Shown one piece after another: positions 20,486-30,467 of a DNA stretch of 64,000 nucleotides. The notes under the pieces are model-generated. The model worked only from the letters and a program-made list of their open reading frames with translations. It searched no databases and had not been told where the DNA came from. The stretch is from assembly GCA_047628755.1 (NCBI GenBank), contig JBLHVV010000001.1, positions 24,178 to 88,177 on the forward strand, written 5' to 3'. Position 1 is the stretch's first letter. Every line of letters starts with the position of its first letter. The DNA comes from Crocinitomicaceae bacterium. GTDB taxonomy: Bacteria > Pseudomonadota > Gammaproteobacteria > Pseudomonadales > Oceanobacteraceae. The position numbers and the translations under genes are program-made.

Positions 20486-22078
20486 TTAGCTGCTTTGCAG
20501 TTGTTTGGCTAAATTAGTGGCCATTTTTAAGGCTAGGCCATAAACAGATAATTGCGGATTTGCACCAATGCTAGTAGGGAAGACAGATCCATCAATGATG
20601 GATAAGTTATCAGCATGATGAAAGCGGCCGTCACTATTAATAACCGATGTTCGCTGGTCTTCACCCATACTACAACCACCCATAATGTGGGCTGTCAGTA
20701 GACGCTGACGGTGAATTTCTTGTGGTAGCTTATCAATGGCAATTTTACATTCTGCCAACGTTTTGTAGAAGGTTGCGTCGTGATGCAGAGGCATTACTTG
20801 CTTTGCACCGGCTGCAAACTGTATTTCAGCCATTGCGTGGTGAGCCTTGCGTAAGCCTTTCCAAATGTAACCAGTCAGTGGGTAATCTAGAATCGGCTTA
20901 CCTCCAGAATCTAATTCAACCGAACCCCCTTGGCTTTCTTCAGTAAAGCCATCACGCATTAGAGCAATAGTGCCTTGAAGGTTTGGTAGGTCTTTCATAG
21001 TGTCCACAAGCCTGAAGCCGTGAAATCCTAAAATTTGTCCACCCATGGCTGGTTGCATGGGCGGAACTTCTAATTTAAAGCCCATTTCACCGTCTGCAGG
21101 CCATTGGAATTGATCACTGTAAATTGACTGCGGAGCACCATAAAACGGATTCACTGTGTCAGGCATTTTGGCCACGTTAGCATTTACTGGATGTATTGTA
21201 GTGTTTTTGCCAATGCGGTTGTGTGGATCGGGAGCATTCGAGCGCAGCAGCAAACCAGGGTTGTTAATGCCACCACCACTTAATACAATGTGCTTAGCTT
21301 TGAAAGACAGCTTAACTCCAGTAGGTGTTTTGCCATCTTTGCCAATAGCTATACATTCTACCGATTCAACTTTGTTGTTAGAAAATACAAGTTTATGGGC
21401 ACTGCAATTATAATAAAGACTGCCGCCATTTTTTAAGGCTTCAGGCACGGTTGTAACCAGCATGCTTTGCTTGGCGTTCGTTGGGCAGCCTGTTCCGCAA
21501 TAACCTAAATCCCAGCAGCCTGCAACGTTGCGCGGAATAACCGACCAAGACCAATTATTTTTTTCACAGCCTTTTTTCAAAATGTCATTATTGGCATTAG
21601 GCGCCATCTTCCATTTTTCTACGTTAAGACGCTTCTCCATCTGCTCAAAATAAGGTTTCATTTCAGCTGGGGAAAGTCCTTTTACACCATGAACATCTTT
21701 CCAATGTGTTAGGGTAGAGGCTGGGGTACGAAAACTAGAGGTCCAGTTTACCACTGTGGTTCCGCCCACAGTACGGCCTTGAAAAATACTAAATGCACCG
21801 TCTTTAGTGGCTCGTGCAGCGCCTTCTTGGTATAGGTCTCCATAGGCTTTAATTTCATCCATATTGAAGTCGTCAGAGGTTTTTAGACCTCCTTCTTCAA
21901 TCATTACTACTTTTAGCCCTGCTTGGCTTAGGACTTCTGCGGTTACGCCACCTCCAGCACCGGTACCAATTATAATGACATCGGCCTCGATGGTAGCGTC
22001 GCTTTGAATATTTGATGCGTTGTTTAAATCCCAATTTTCACTTTGAGATCTTTGCTTAAAAATATCTGGAACAGCCAT
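20486..22078 (-). CDS. GMC-family oxidoreductase (LaoA-like long-chain alcohol dehydrogenase)
   Basis: IGTGAGG FAD motif, VGGTTVVN, CWDLGYCGTGCP, AHIMGG, DGSVFPTSIGANP. Confidence 0.88.
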   Translation of the reverse strand: MAVPDIFKQRSQSENWDLNNASNIQSDATIEADVIIIGTGAGGGVTAEVLSQAGLKVVMIEEGGLKTSDDFNMDEIKAYGDLYQEGAARATKDGAFSIFQGRTVGGTTVVNWTSSFRTPASTLTHWKDVHGVKGLSPAEMKPYFEQMEKRLNVEKWKMAPNANNDILKKGCEKNNWSWSVIPRNVAGCWDLGYCGTGCPTNAKQSMLVTTVPEALKNGGSLYYNCSAHKLVFSNNKVESVECIAIGKDGKTPTGVKLSFKAKHIVLSGGGINNPGLLLRSNAPDPHNRIGKNTTIHPVNANVAKMPDTVNPFYGAPQSIYSDQFQWPADGEMGFKLEVPPMQPAMGGQILGFHGFRLVDTMKDLPNLQGTIALMRDGFTEESQGGSVELDSGGKPILDYPLTGYIWKGLRKAHHAMAEIQFAAGAKQVMPLHHDATFYKTLAECKIAIDKLPQEIHRQRLLTAHIMGGCSMGEDQRTSVINSDGRFHHADNLSIIDGSVFPTSIGANPQLSVYGLALKMATNLAKQLQSS

Positions 22079-22105
22079 AATAATTTTATCTACCAGTGAA
22101 AAAGG

Positions 22106-22666
22106 TTATGCGGGTTTCTTTGAAATAAGAATGTCAGCGTAAGGTGGGCCAGGATAGCCAACGTCTGCCCAAGCTTCTTTTTGACCATACCAAGTAGCCA
22201 CCATCAGCTTGTTTAAACCGTTGTAGCCAGCATTAAACAAGCCCACGGAGCTCTCACGCCAATTGTGTAAAAAGTTTTCGATTTCGGCTTCACTGGCATT
22301 TTCCCATTTACTCCAAACACCAGTGGCTAAACCGCGAGTTAAGCCGAAGGTTAGCAAGGTGAAAAGATCAGAGATTTGCCTATTGTTATGGGAGTCAAGT
22401 TTGAACAGCGCTTCATCTATGGTGGCTATAATGCGACTAATGCTTGCCTCTTGTGCATTAGGCTCTTTAGGTAAACTGCCTTTCAGCATCACAGGAGCAA
22501 TAGCTCTCAGCATCACCTGATCCTGGGATCGTAATACCTTATACAGACCATTTATGGGAAGTGTTTCAGAGCAGCCGCTCAGGCTGGCGGTTACGCCAAC
22601 AGCCGCCAGAGTAACAGAGCCTGTAGCCCCTAGCTTTAAAAACGATCTTCTATCCATACTCGGCAC
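22106..22666 (-). CDS. Tat-signal lipoprotein, LaoB-like accessory subunit
   Basis: DRRSFLK twin-arginine motif, lipobox LSGC, C-terminal GYPGPP; lies between aldehyde DH and GMC genes. Confidence 0.8.
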   Translation of the reverse strand: MPSMDRRSFLKLGATGSVTLAAVGVTASLSGCSETLPINGLYKVLRSQDQVMLRAIAPVMLKGSLPKEPNAQEASISRIIATIDEALFKLDSHNNRQISDLFTLLTFGLTRGLATGVWSKWENASEAEIENFLHNWRESSVGLFNAGYNGLNKLMVATWYGQKEAWADVGYPGPPYADILISKKPA

Positions 22667-22706
22667 CTGTTTCTTCTAATAGCGTCAAACTGTCATAAGT
22701 ATTAGC

Positions 22707-24155
22707 TTAACTAATAATATATTTGTAAATTAACTTGTGCATAAAGCGATCGTGGGGAGCATGAATGAGGTGTCCCATATTAATTCGACCTTTTTTATGA
22801 ACAGACTTAGCATGACTTAAAGAAGTAAAACCTTCTTTACCATGGTAGGCCCCAATACCTGAATCACCAACCCCACCAAATGGCATGTCGTCTTGTGCAA
22901 TGTGCGTCAGGCAATCGTTAATAGTGACACCCCCTGCGTGAGTTTCGGTGAGTATTTGATTCTGCTCCGAGCTGTTAAATGAGAATAGATACAATGCTAA
23001 AGGACGGGGTCCATTGTTTATATGAGCAACGACTTGGTCCATAGAATCGTAGGTTAAGATTGGAAGCAATGGACCAAAGATCTCGTCTTGCATTATGGTC
23101 ATGTCTTCAGTTGTGTTCTCTACTATTGATAAAGGCATTTTACGGGTACCTGCAAAGTCTTCATTTGCAGGGTTTAAGGTTGTTATTTTTGCCCCTTTCG
23201 TCTCGGCATCTTTTAACAGACCTGATAAACGTAGGTGCTGACGGTCGTTGATAATAGCGGTGTAGTCATTATTACCTTTAAGGGTTGGGAAACACTGTTT
23301 GTAGCGTTCGGTTAATGCTGCTTTTAAATTTTCAACTTGGTTTTTAGGGCAAAGAATGTAGTCAGGGGCAATACATGTTTGACCTGCATTTGTAGCTTTT
23401 CCGAAGATAATAGCCTGGGCTGCTGTTTTTAAATTAGTGGTATTTGTGATGATACAAGGAGATTTCCCCCCAAGCTCCAATGTGACTGGCACTAAGTTTT
23501 TGCCACAAGCCGACATCACGTGACGGGCAACCGAAGTGGAGCCTGTGAATATTAGGTGGTCCCAGTGGACATTTGAGAACGCTGCGCCCACCGCGGCTTC
23601 ACCCGATAGAATAGCCACTTGGTCTTCAGAAAAGGCCTCAGCCAACATGCGGCGCATTACTTCATTAGTGGCAGGTGTGAATTCTGACATTTTAATAACA
23701 GCTCGGTTACCTGCAGCTAGCGCCGTTGCTAACGGTGCAGCGGCTAACTGAACGGGGTAGTTCCAAGGAACCATAATTCCTACTACGCCTTTAGGTTGAA
23801 AATGTACTTTATTAGAAGCGGGAGCAAATAATGCACTTACGTGTCGGTTGCTGGGCCTCATCCATTTTCTAAGGTTTTTGCGGTTATATTTAATGCACTC
23901 CAACGTTACCATGATTTCAGCGATCATAGTCTCAGCAGTGGACCGTGAGCTAAAATCGGTATTCACGGCTAGGGCTAATTCGTCTTTGTATTTACGCAAT
24001 GCTGTGGATAGCTTGTCTAGGTCTGATCGGCGTTGATCGATACTCGGGTAAGGAGCGGCACTGTATGCCGTTTTCTGCTTAGCAACCACGTCGTTCAAAA
24101 AATTGATTTGTTGTTGTTCTTCAGAATCTTGAAATTGTATGGCCGTGGCTGTCAT
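22707..24155 (-). CDS. Aldehyde dehydrogenase (coniferyl/fatty aldehyde type, LaoC-like)
   Basis: PWNYP, FTGS, TLELGGKSP, NAGQTCIAPD, EIFGP, PFGGVG. Confidence 0.93.
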   Translation of the reverse strand: MTATAIQFQDSEEQQQINFLNDVVAKQKTAYSAAPYPSIDQRRSDLDKLSTALRKYKDELALAVNTDFSSRSTAETMIAEIMVTLECIKYNRKNLRKWMRPSNRHVSALFAPASNKVHFQPKGVVGIMVPWNYPVQLAAAPLATALAAGNRAVIKMSEFTPATNEVMRRMLAEAFSEDQVAILSGEAAVGAAFSNVHWDHLIFTGSTSVARHVMSACGKNLVPVTLELGGKSPCIITNTTNLKTAAQAIIFGKATNAGQTCIAPDYILCPKNQVENLKAALTERYKQCFPTLKGNNDYTAIINDRQHLRLSGLLKDAETKGAKITTLNPANEDFAGTRKMPLSIVENTTEDMTIMQDEIFGPLLPILTYDSMDQVVAHINNGPRPLALYLFSFNSSEQNQILTETHAGGVTINDCLTHIAQDDMPFGGVGDSGIGAYHGKEGFTSLSHAKSVHKKGRINMGHLIHAPHDRFMHKLIYKYIIS

Positions 24156-24201
24156 TACAGTCCCCTTAATTAATTATAATTATTTAATTCTTCTGTCTTC
24201 C

Positions 24202-24255
24202 ATTATTAGAGTGAATACTCTAAAGGTCAATGATTAATTCAATACTGAATACTCT
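24202..24255 (-). promoter_or_regulatory. Promoter/operator of the lao-like operon
   Basis: Minus strand TTGACC-N17-AATAAT with palindrome TTAGAGT-GAAT-ACTCTAA (24206-24223) across the spacer; TGAATACTCT repeated at 24246-24255. Confidence 0.65.
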
Positions 24256-24374
24256 TCTAAAAAATGTTATTGCCCATTACCTTTAGGATTGAGAGAATGT
24301 GCGCCTACTTTTAATACGTTGGCGGGTCTTGCGCAGTAGCAGACCAAACAGGGTTGTGGTCGGAGATTAAATAA

Positions 24375-25037
24375 ATGAAGACACGTGAACGGATTATTCA
24401 AGTCAGCAAAGAACTCTTCAATGAACGAGGTGAGCGTAAAGTAACCACCAACCATATCGCATCTCACTTAGGTATTAGCCCAGGTAATTTGTATTACCAT
24501 TTCAAAAACAAGCAACAAATAATCTTTGATATTTACCTTATATATGAAAAGCAAGTAGACGATCGGCTTCAAATGCCAGTTGACCGTCCACTTACCATTA
24601 ACGATAAGCTATTGTATTTAAAAGGTATCTTCCAAGGATTATGGGATTACCGGTTTATTCATCGTGACCTTCAGCATTTATTAGAAATTGATGAGGACTT
24701 ACACAAGCGTTACAACGACTTTTTTAAAAGATGCCTGTCTAGGGTGCAGAGTATCTATATGGGCTTGCGCGATTCAGGGATAATTAGTGCCAGTGATAAA
24801 GAAGTGCGTGCTTTAGCATTAAATACTTGGATATTAGTCACGTCTTGGTTTGGGTTTATGCACACCAATTTACTAGTAGAAGAGGGCCAAGAAGAAAGCT
24901 TGGAATTATTGCATGCGGGTATTTATCAAATATTTGCATTAGAAAGCCCCTATTTAACCGAACAGTATCGTGAACCAGTGTCTGAAATGATCGCTAGCCT
25001 TGGGCCATCTCTAGAGCAGATAGTGGCTCTGCCCTAG
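24375..25037 (+). CDS. TetR-family regulator (LaoR-like)
   Basis: MKTRERII..LFNERGE..TTNHIASHLGISPGNLYYHF; divergent from aldehyde DH operon. Confidence 0.9.
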   Translation: MKTRERIIQVSKELFNERGERKVTTNHIASHLGISPGNLYYHFKNKQQIIFDIYLIYEKQVDDRLQMPVDRPLTINDKLLYLKGIFQGLWDYRFIHRDLQHLLEIDEDLHKRYNDFFKRCLSRVQSIYMGLRDSGIISASDKEVRALALNTWILVTSWFGFMHTNLLVEEGQEESLELLHAGIYQIFALESPYLTEQYREPVSEMIASLGPSLEQIVALP

Positions 25038-25063
25038 TGCTGTGTATTTTTTATAGCTTAACC

Positions 25064-25570
25064 TTACTGGTTATAAGCGCCACTGGCGTAATGCAATTCG
25101 TAGCTGTGGCTATAAATTTCTAAAATATTGCCAAATGGGTCTTCCATGTAAATCATGCGGTAAGGCTTTTCGCCTGGGTAATAATAGCGCGGCTCTTTCA
25201 TGCGTTTTTTTCCACCGGCAGCAACAATCTTATGGGCTAAGCCTTCTACATCAGGGTCTTGAACGCAAAAGTGAAAGACGCCTGTTTTCCAGTATTCAAA
25301 GTTATCCTCTGGATTTTCTTGATTCTTAAATTCAAACAGCTCTACTCCAATTCGATCACCTGTTGAAAGATGTGCGATTTTAAACCTCTCCCAACCAGCT
25401 CCAAAAACATCTGTACACATTTCACCAATGGGGCTGTCATCTTCGGTGATGTCAGTGGGTTCCATTATTAAATACCAGCCGAGTACTTCAGTATAAAATT
25501 TTACCGCCTTTTCTAAGTCAGGAACCGAAATACCAATGTGTGAAAAGGTCCTAGGGTATGGAGTGGGCAT
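25064..25570 (-). CDS. VOC / lactoylglutathione lyase family protein
   Basis: HIGISVPDLEKAVKFY, ELFEF, HFCV, EDPFGNILE. Confidence 0.88.
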   Translation of the reverse strand: MPTPYPRTFSHIGISVPDLEKAVKFYTEVLGWYLIMEPTDITEDDSPIGEMCTDVFGAGWERFKIAHLSTGDRIGVELFEFKNQENPEDNFEYWKTGVFHFCVQDPDVEGLAHKIVAAGGKKRMKEPRYYYPGEKPYRMIYMEDPFGNILEIYSHSYELHYASGAYNQ

Positions 25571-25678
25571 AATCTATATATCCTTAACTGATGTTGTATA
25601 TAAAGCGTTTATTGCTTCAGTGCCTTTATATTAAGAGATGCCTTTGTATATAGAAAATTATCATATATTATAATTTTG

Positions 25679-25693
25679 ATAATATTTTGTTAT
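25679..25693. promoter_or_regulatory. LysR-type T-N11-A box
   Basis: ATAA-tattttg-TTAT just upstream of the LysR gene in the divergent region. Confidence 0.45.
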
Positions 25694-25702
25694 GAGGTTT
25701 GA

Positions 25703-26623
25703 ATGCTTAACCCCGCATGGCTACACACTTTTAAAACTTTAGTAGAGACAGGCCATTTCACTGAAACGGCAAACAAACTCTTTATGACACAGCCAGGTGT
25801 CAGCCAGCATATTAAAAAATTAGAAGCGAATTGTGGGCACTCTTTAATAACACGAAATAAAAAACGATTTGAACTGACTGAGCAGGGTCGCTTGGTATAT
25901 AGCTACGCAAAAGATGTTAAATCTAATGAAGTGAGTTTATTAGAGCGGTTAAACTTCGATGACCCCTTTTCAGGAGTATGCAAGCTCGCATGCCCAGGAG
26001 CGTTAGCCCTAAGCCTTTATCCTCATTTACTTGAACTCCAGATTAACCATCCTCAATTGATAATTCAGTTAGAGGTGGCGCCTAATTCTAAAATTGTAAA
26101 AGGCATTGAATCTGGAGAGTTCGATTTTGGTATTGTCACCAACCAGCCTAGCGCACAGCAGTTTAATTTCGAAAAGGTAGGCAGTGACGAACTTTGTTTG
26201 ATTTTACCAAAAAAACAAGGAGATATAGCTCTTAAGGAATATGGAGGCGATGTTTTAATGTGCATTAAGACACTGGGACTGATTGATCATCCAGACGCTA
26301 AGCATTACTTAGCGACCTACTTTTCGCTCTCAAATTTGGCTGAATTAGCAAAGGTCAACACCAGTGAAATACCTGTAACAGGATATGTGAATCAGCTTGT
26401 ACAAATCCTCATTCCAGTGAGTAATGGATTGGGATTTACAGTGTTACCCCAAAGTGCGTTCGATCGTTTTGCAGATAGAGAAAGGTTGAAAATCATCAAG
26501 CCAAATAGCAGAGTTATGGAGCATCTTTTAGGAGTTAAAGCGCGCAATAGGCAATTACCAGCTCGTTATAAGAATGTAATCGAGCATATAAAGACGATCA
26601 TAATCGGCTTAAAACATGCTTAG
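25703..26623 (+). CDS. LysR-family regulator
   Basis: TLVETGHFTETANKLFMTQPGVSQHIKKLE HTH. Confidence 0.92.
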   Translation: MLNPAWLHTFKTLVETGHFTETANKLFMTQPGVSQHIKKLEANCGHSLITRNKKRFELTEQGRLVYSYAKDVKSNEVSLLERLNFDDPFSGVCKLACPGALALSLYPHLLELQINHPQLIIQLEVAPNSKIVKGIESGEFDFGIVTNQPSAQQFNFEKVGSDELCLILPKKQGDIALKEYGGDVLMCIKTLGLIDHPDAKHYLATYFSLSNLAELAKVNTSEIPVTGYVNQLVQILIPVSNGLGFTVLPQSAFDRFADRERLKIIKPNSRVMEHLLGVKARNRQLPARYKNVIEHIKTIIIGLKHA

Positions 26624-26643
26624 TATGAACTGGCCATGAAAGG

Positions 26644-27216
26644 TTAGTTAGCCGCTTCTATTTTAAACAGTCTTAACATAACTATACCAGCTTGCTTTTC
26701 GCGAAATAAATTCCAGTGTCTTGGAATGGGTAAATCGCTTAAATTGCCTTCACTTTCAATGTAGACCCAGCCATCGATTTTAACTAAGTTGCTGTTGTTG
26801 ATCAGGTCAATACAGTCAGGCAGTAAACCTTTATTAAAGGGTGGATCTAAAAAGATCAGATCAAACTGTTCGGTGCAGCCGGTTAGCCAAGTTAGAGCAT
26901 CGGTTTGAATAATAGTGACATTCTGCGCGCCTAAAGTCTTAGCGTTTTCATTAAGGTTTTTGATTGCCAGTTTATTTTTTTCGAGAAGGGTGGCAGATGC
27001 TGCTTCGCGAGAAATGGCTTCAAACCCCAGAACTCCAGAACCCGCAAAAACATCCAGCACTTTGGCCCCGAACAAATAAGGCTGTAGCCAATTAAATACT
27101 GTTTCCCGAACTCTATCGGTGGTGGGGCGTAAGCCTTCAACGTCAGCTATGAGAAGCATTCTGCTGCGCCATTTACCACCAATTATACGCAGGCGACTGC
27201 CTGTTTTTTTAGCCAT
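26644..27216 (-). CDS. rsmD: 16S rRNA m2G966 methyltransferase
   Basis: LRIIGGKWRSR, LRPTTDRVRETVFNWL, DPPF. Confidence 0.95.
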   Translation of the reverse strand: MAKKTGSRLRIIGGKWRSRMLLIADVEGLRPTTDRVRETVFNWLQPYLFGAKVLDVFAGSGVLGFEAISREAASATLLEKNKLAIKNLNENAKTLGAQNVTIIQTDALTWLTGCTEQFDLIFLDPPFNKGLLPDCIDLINNSNLVKIDGWVYIESEGNLSDLPIPRHWNLFREKQAGIVMLRLFKIEAAN

Positions 27217-27258
27217 TAAATTGAACCTTACTACAAGGTAGCCGTTTATGAGGCGCCT

Positions 27259-28527
27259 TTAATCGTGATAAAGCCAGGGCAATAACGTATCAGATGCCGT
27301 TTCCCAATCGTCTTCATCCCAGCCGTCTAATGCAGTGAGGTTTTTACGAAGCTGGTTAACCGGTAGGCGGTAAGCATTAAGTTCAACTAAATACAGACTT
27401 AACCCTGAGGCGTTATTTACCATCGCTAACCACTTTTTGGCAAGCTGGCGTGTATTGTGCGCAATCATATCTGAATTTATTTGATCATGCACAGCGCGTT
27501 TAAGCTGATCAGATTGCCGAATCATAACTGTGCTGTTGTACTTACCTGGCTGCCATTTAACCGAATCTCCGTGAACAGCCTTTAACAGCTGCACCATCAT
27601 CTGTTTATTAATGTGAGTTTTAAGCAGTTGGTTTTGAATTTTTTGTTGAGGGTTGGAAGCGTCTGCTGCAAGTTCTTCTTCAATGGTTGGTAGGCGCTCA
27701 CTATAAGTAGAGTCCATGTTATATTCACCCGGCCAAACAGCCATTAACTGTTGGTTATTACTGACTAATGCAATGGGTTTTGACTCTATTTGGCGTATTA
27801 AAGGAGGCTTATACTTGGACTGGGGTAACAAACTCTCCATGATAATTTGCGCACCGCGTTCGCTAATATCACCCACAATACTGGCGTGAAGGCGTTGAGG
27901 GTGGATGTATGCTTGCTGATATTTTTGCAGCTGCGCACGCGTCAGGCTGGCGGCTGAATTTATATTGGGTCCATTACTTTGCTTAACCTGTCCGTAAGTA
28001 TGGCCAGCATAGGTTTGTTGCCATAGCGCATCACTTAATGAAGGCAGTGATTGGGCGTCTATTTCTAATAGCTTTTTAATAACCTTACTGGAAAGTTTTG
28101 GCCGATATAAAAGTGCCACGCTCTGCTCAATTTGACGTTTCATTTTAATTGGGTCGGTACTTAAATGTAGAGTGATTTTTATAAAGTCTTGGTCTAGTGA
28201 GACCTTCATGGGTAGTTTCATGCTTTGACTTTCAAACTTTAATAACTTGGCCAATATTTTAGCTCGACCTGTGAATTGGTCATCGTAAGAAAAGCCAGCT
28301 TGATACCAAAGTTGGATTTCTAAAGTTTCGCTGAAGTACGGGCTGTACCAGATCTTTGCCCCGCTATCAGCGTGCCAAATACTAATGTCTAATTTTGGCG
28401 CAGGGGGCAGTGGCTTGTAATCCATTTGACGGGCACTTTGCCCAAAAATAACAATTAAAGCGGCACTGACCACCATTAATACATTTAGGCTCATACGATT
28501 AAATTTAGGCTGGTATTCGGTACTCAT
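27259..28527 (-). CDS. Divergent, catalytically inactive M16 peptidase-like membrane-anchored protein
   Basis: N-terminal TM; W..DSGAKIWY...AGFSYD...G.AKILAKLL, HTYG and ASIVGDIS resemble the M16 beta subunit; no HXXEH; lies between rsmD and ftsY. Confidence 0.6.
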   Translation of the reverse strand: MSTEYQPKFNRMSLNVLMVVSAALIVIFGQSARQMDYKPLPPAPKLDISIWHADSGAKIWYSPYFSETLEIQLWYQAGFSYDDQFTGRAKILAKLLKFESQSMKLPMKVSLDQDFIKITLHLSTDPIKMKRQIEQSVALLYRPKLSSKVIKKLLEIDAQSLPSLSDALWQQTYAGHTYGQVKQSNGPNINSAASLTRAQLQKYQQAYIHPQRLHASIVGDISERGAQIIMESLLPQSKYKPPLIRQIESKPIALVSNNQQLMAVWPGEYNMDSTYSERLPTIEEELAADASNPQQKIQNQLLKTHINKQMMVQLLKAVHGDSVKWQPGKYNSTVMIRQSDQLKRAVHDQINSDMIAHNTRQLAKKWLAMVNNASGLSLYLVELNAYRLPVNQLRKNLTALDGWDEDDWETASDTLLPWLYHD

Positions 28528-28677
28528 TCAGCTTCCTTGCCATTAGACTTTTTATTATGCGATGACTGGGTTAAAACAGGTGACTTAAAGCCCAATATTC
28601 CAGTCATAAACCATAGCAGTATTTTTAGGCGACTAATGATAGGATAGCCGCTTTAAAGCATTAGGTGGAAGTAACCC

Positions 28678-29721
28678 ATGTTCGGTTGGGGAAAATCTAA
28701 AAATAAAGTCGATAATCAGCCTTCGCAACAAGAAACAGTACCTCAAAATAGCGTAGACACTGAAATTGCCTCGGTAGACGCTGAAGTTCCTGTCGAAACA
28801 GGTTTCCTTGCACGTATTAAAAAAGGTCTCAGTCGTACTCGCTCTGGATTATCAGATGGCTTGGGGGATTTGCTGTTAGGCAAAAAAGAAATTGATGACG
28901 ACCTACTAGAAGAAATTGAAACTCAATTACTAATGGCGGACCTTGGCGTAGCCGCCACTCAAGATATTATTGCCGAGTTAACCGCTCGCACCTCTCGAAA
29001 AGAACTCAATGACAGCGAAGCATTATTTCATGCATTAAAAGAGCGCATGTCTGAACTGTTAGAGCCTTGCCATAAACCGCTTATTATTGATGATACGAAA
29101 AAGCCATATGTAATTTTAATGGTGGGAGTTAACGGCGTAGGTAAAACCACGACGATTGGCAAAATGGCTAAGCGTTTTCAGGCTGATGGTAAATCCGTGA
29201 TGCTGGCCGCAGGCGATACTTTTAGAGCAGCCGCAGTTGAGCAATTACAAGAATGGGGCACACGCAATAATATTGCGGTAGTTGCACAGCATACCGGTGC
29301 CGATAGCGCATCGGTGATATTTGATGCTGTACAATCAGCCCAAGCCAAAGGTGTTGATATTGTAATAGCCGATACTGCAGGTCGCTTACAAAACAAAGTA
29401 CACCTAATGCAAGAGCTTGAGAAGGTCGTCCGGGTGATGAAAAAGCTAGAAGATTCTGCTCCGCACGAAGTTATGTTGGTGCTAGATGCAGGCACTGGTC
29501 AAAACGCATTGAGCCAAGCTAAACACTTTCAGCAAGCGGTGGGCGTTACCAGTATTAGTTTAAGTAAGTTAGATGGTACCGCCAAAGGTGGAGTGATTTT
29601 TGCAATTGCCAAAGAACTAAGTTTACCTGTTCGTTTTATTGGCGTGGGCGAGCAAATTGACGACTTACGTCCGTTTGATCGCCATGAGTTTATTGATGCC
29701 CTATTCGCAGAAGGCGAATGA
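28678..29721 (+). CDS. ftsY: SRP receptor
   Basis: GVNGVGKTTT, DTFRAAA, DTAGRL, KLDGTAKGG. Confidence 0.97.
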   Translation: MFGWGKSKNKVDNQPSQQETVPQNSVDTEIASVDAEVPVETGFLARIKKGLSRTRSGLSDGLGDLLLGKKEIDDDLLEEIETQLLMADLGVAATQDIIAELTARTSRKELNDSEALFHALKERMSELLEPCHKPLIIDDTKKPYVILMVGVNGVGKTTTIGKMAKRFQADGKSVMLAAGDTFRAAAVEQLQEWGTRNNIAVVAQHTGADSASVIFDAVQSAQAKGVDIVIADTAGRLQNKVHLMQELEKVVRVMKKLEDSAPHEVMLVLDAGTGQNALSQAKHFQQAVGVTSISLSKLDGTAKGGVIFAIAKELSLPVRFIGVGEQIDDLRPFDRHEFIDALFAEGE

Positions 29722-29774
29722 GTAAGATTCAAAAAAATTAATGACTAAAAATAATAAAAATAGAGGAAGCAACG

Positions 29775-30467
29775 TTGGCGAATGTTCTCTTTGATCACGT
29801 AAGTAAAAGCTACCCTGGTGGTCACCAAGCGCTAACCGACTTGAGTTTTGAGATTGCTCAGGGGGAAATGGCGTTTTTAACTGGTCACAGTGGCGCGGGT
29901 AAAAGTACCCTGCTGAAATTGATTATGTTGATGGAGAAAGCGAGCCAAGGGCAAGTAATAATCGACGGAGTTAATTTAGCAAGGGTTAGTCAGCGACAAA
30001 TCCCTTTTCATCGACGTCGTGTAGGCGTGGTATTTCAGAATCACCAATTACTTTTTGATCGCAGCGTATTTGAAAACGTGGCATTGCCTTTGCGCATTAG
30101 CGGTTATACAAGCCGCGACTTAGAGCGTCGAGTGCGAGCAGCTTTAGACAAAGTAGGACTGCTAAGCAAAGAAAAACAAACCCCAATTGAATTAAGCGGT
30201 GGCGAGCAACAGCGGGTGGGGATTGCCCGCGCTGTTGTAAACAAGCCAAGCCTGATACTAGCCGATGAACCCACCGGTAACCTAGATCCTAAGCTCAGTG
30301 CTGAAATTATGAACTTGTTCGAACAGTTTAATAATGTAGGCGTATCAGTGTTAATCGCGTCCCATGATCTTGCATTGATTAACCGCTTGTCGCACAGAGT
30401 TATTGGATTAAAAGATGGCCGATTAGCAGGCGAACGGCCAGCTGGAGGCTTGACCAGTGGTAAGTAA
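29775..30467 (+). CDS. ftsE: Cell division ATP-binding protein
   Basis: GHSGAGKS, LSGGEQQRV, ADEPTGNLD; ftsYEX order. Confidence 0.95.
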   Translation: MANVLFDHVSKSYPGGHQALTDLSFEIAQGEMAFLTGHSGAGKSTLLKLIMLMEKASQGQVIIDGVNLARVSQRQIPFHRRRVGVVFQNHQLLFDRSVFENVALPLRISGYTSRDLERRVRAALDKVGLLSKEKQTPIELSGGEQQRVGIARAVVNKPSLILADEPTGNLDPKLSAEIMNLFEQFNNVGVSVLIASHDLALINRLSHRVIGLKDGRLAGERPAGGLTSGK

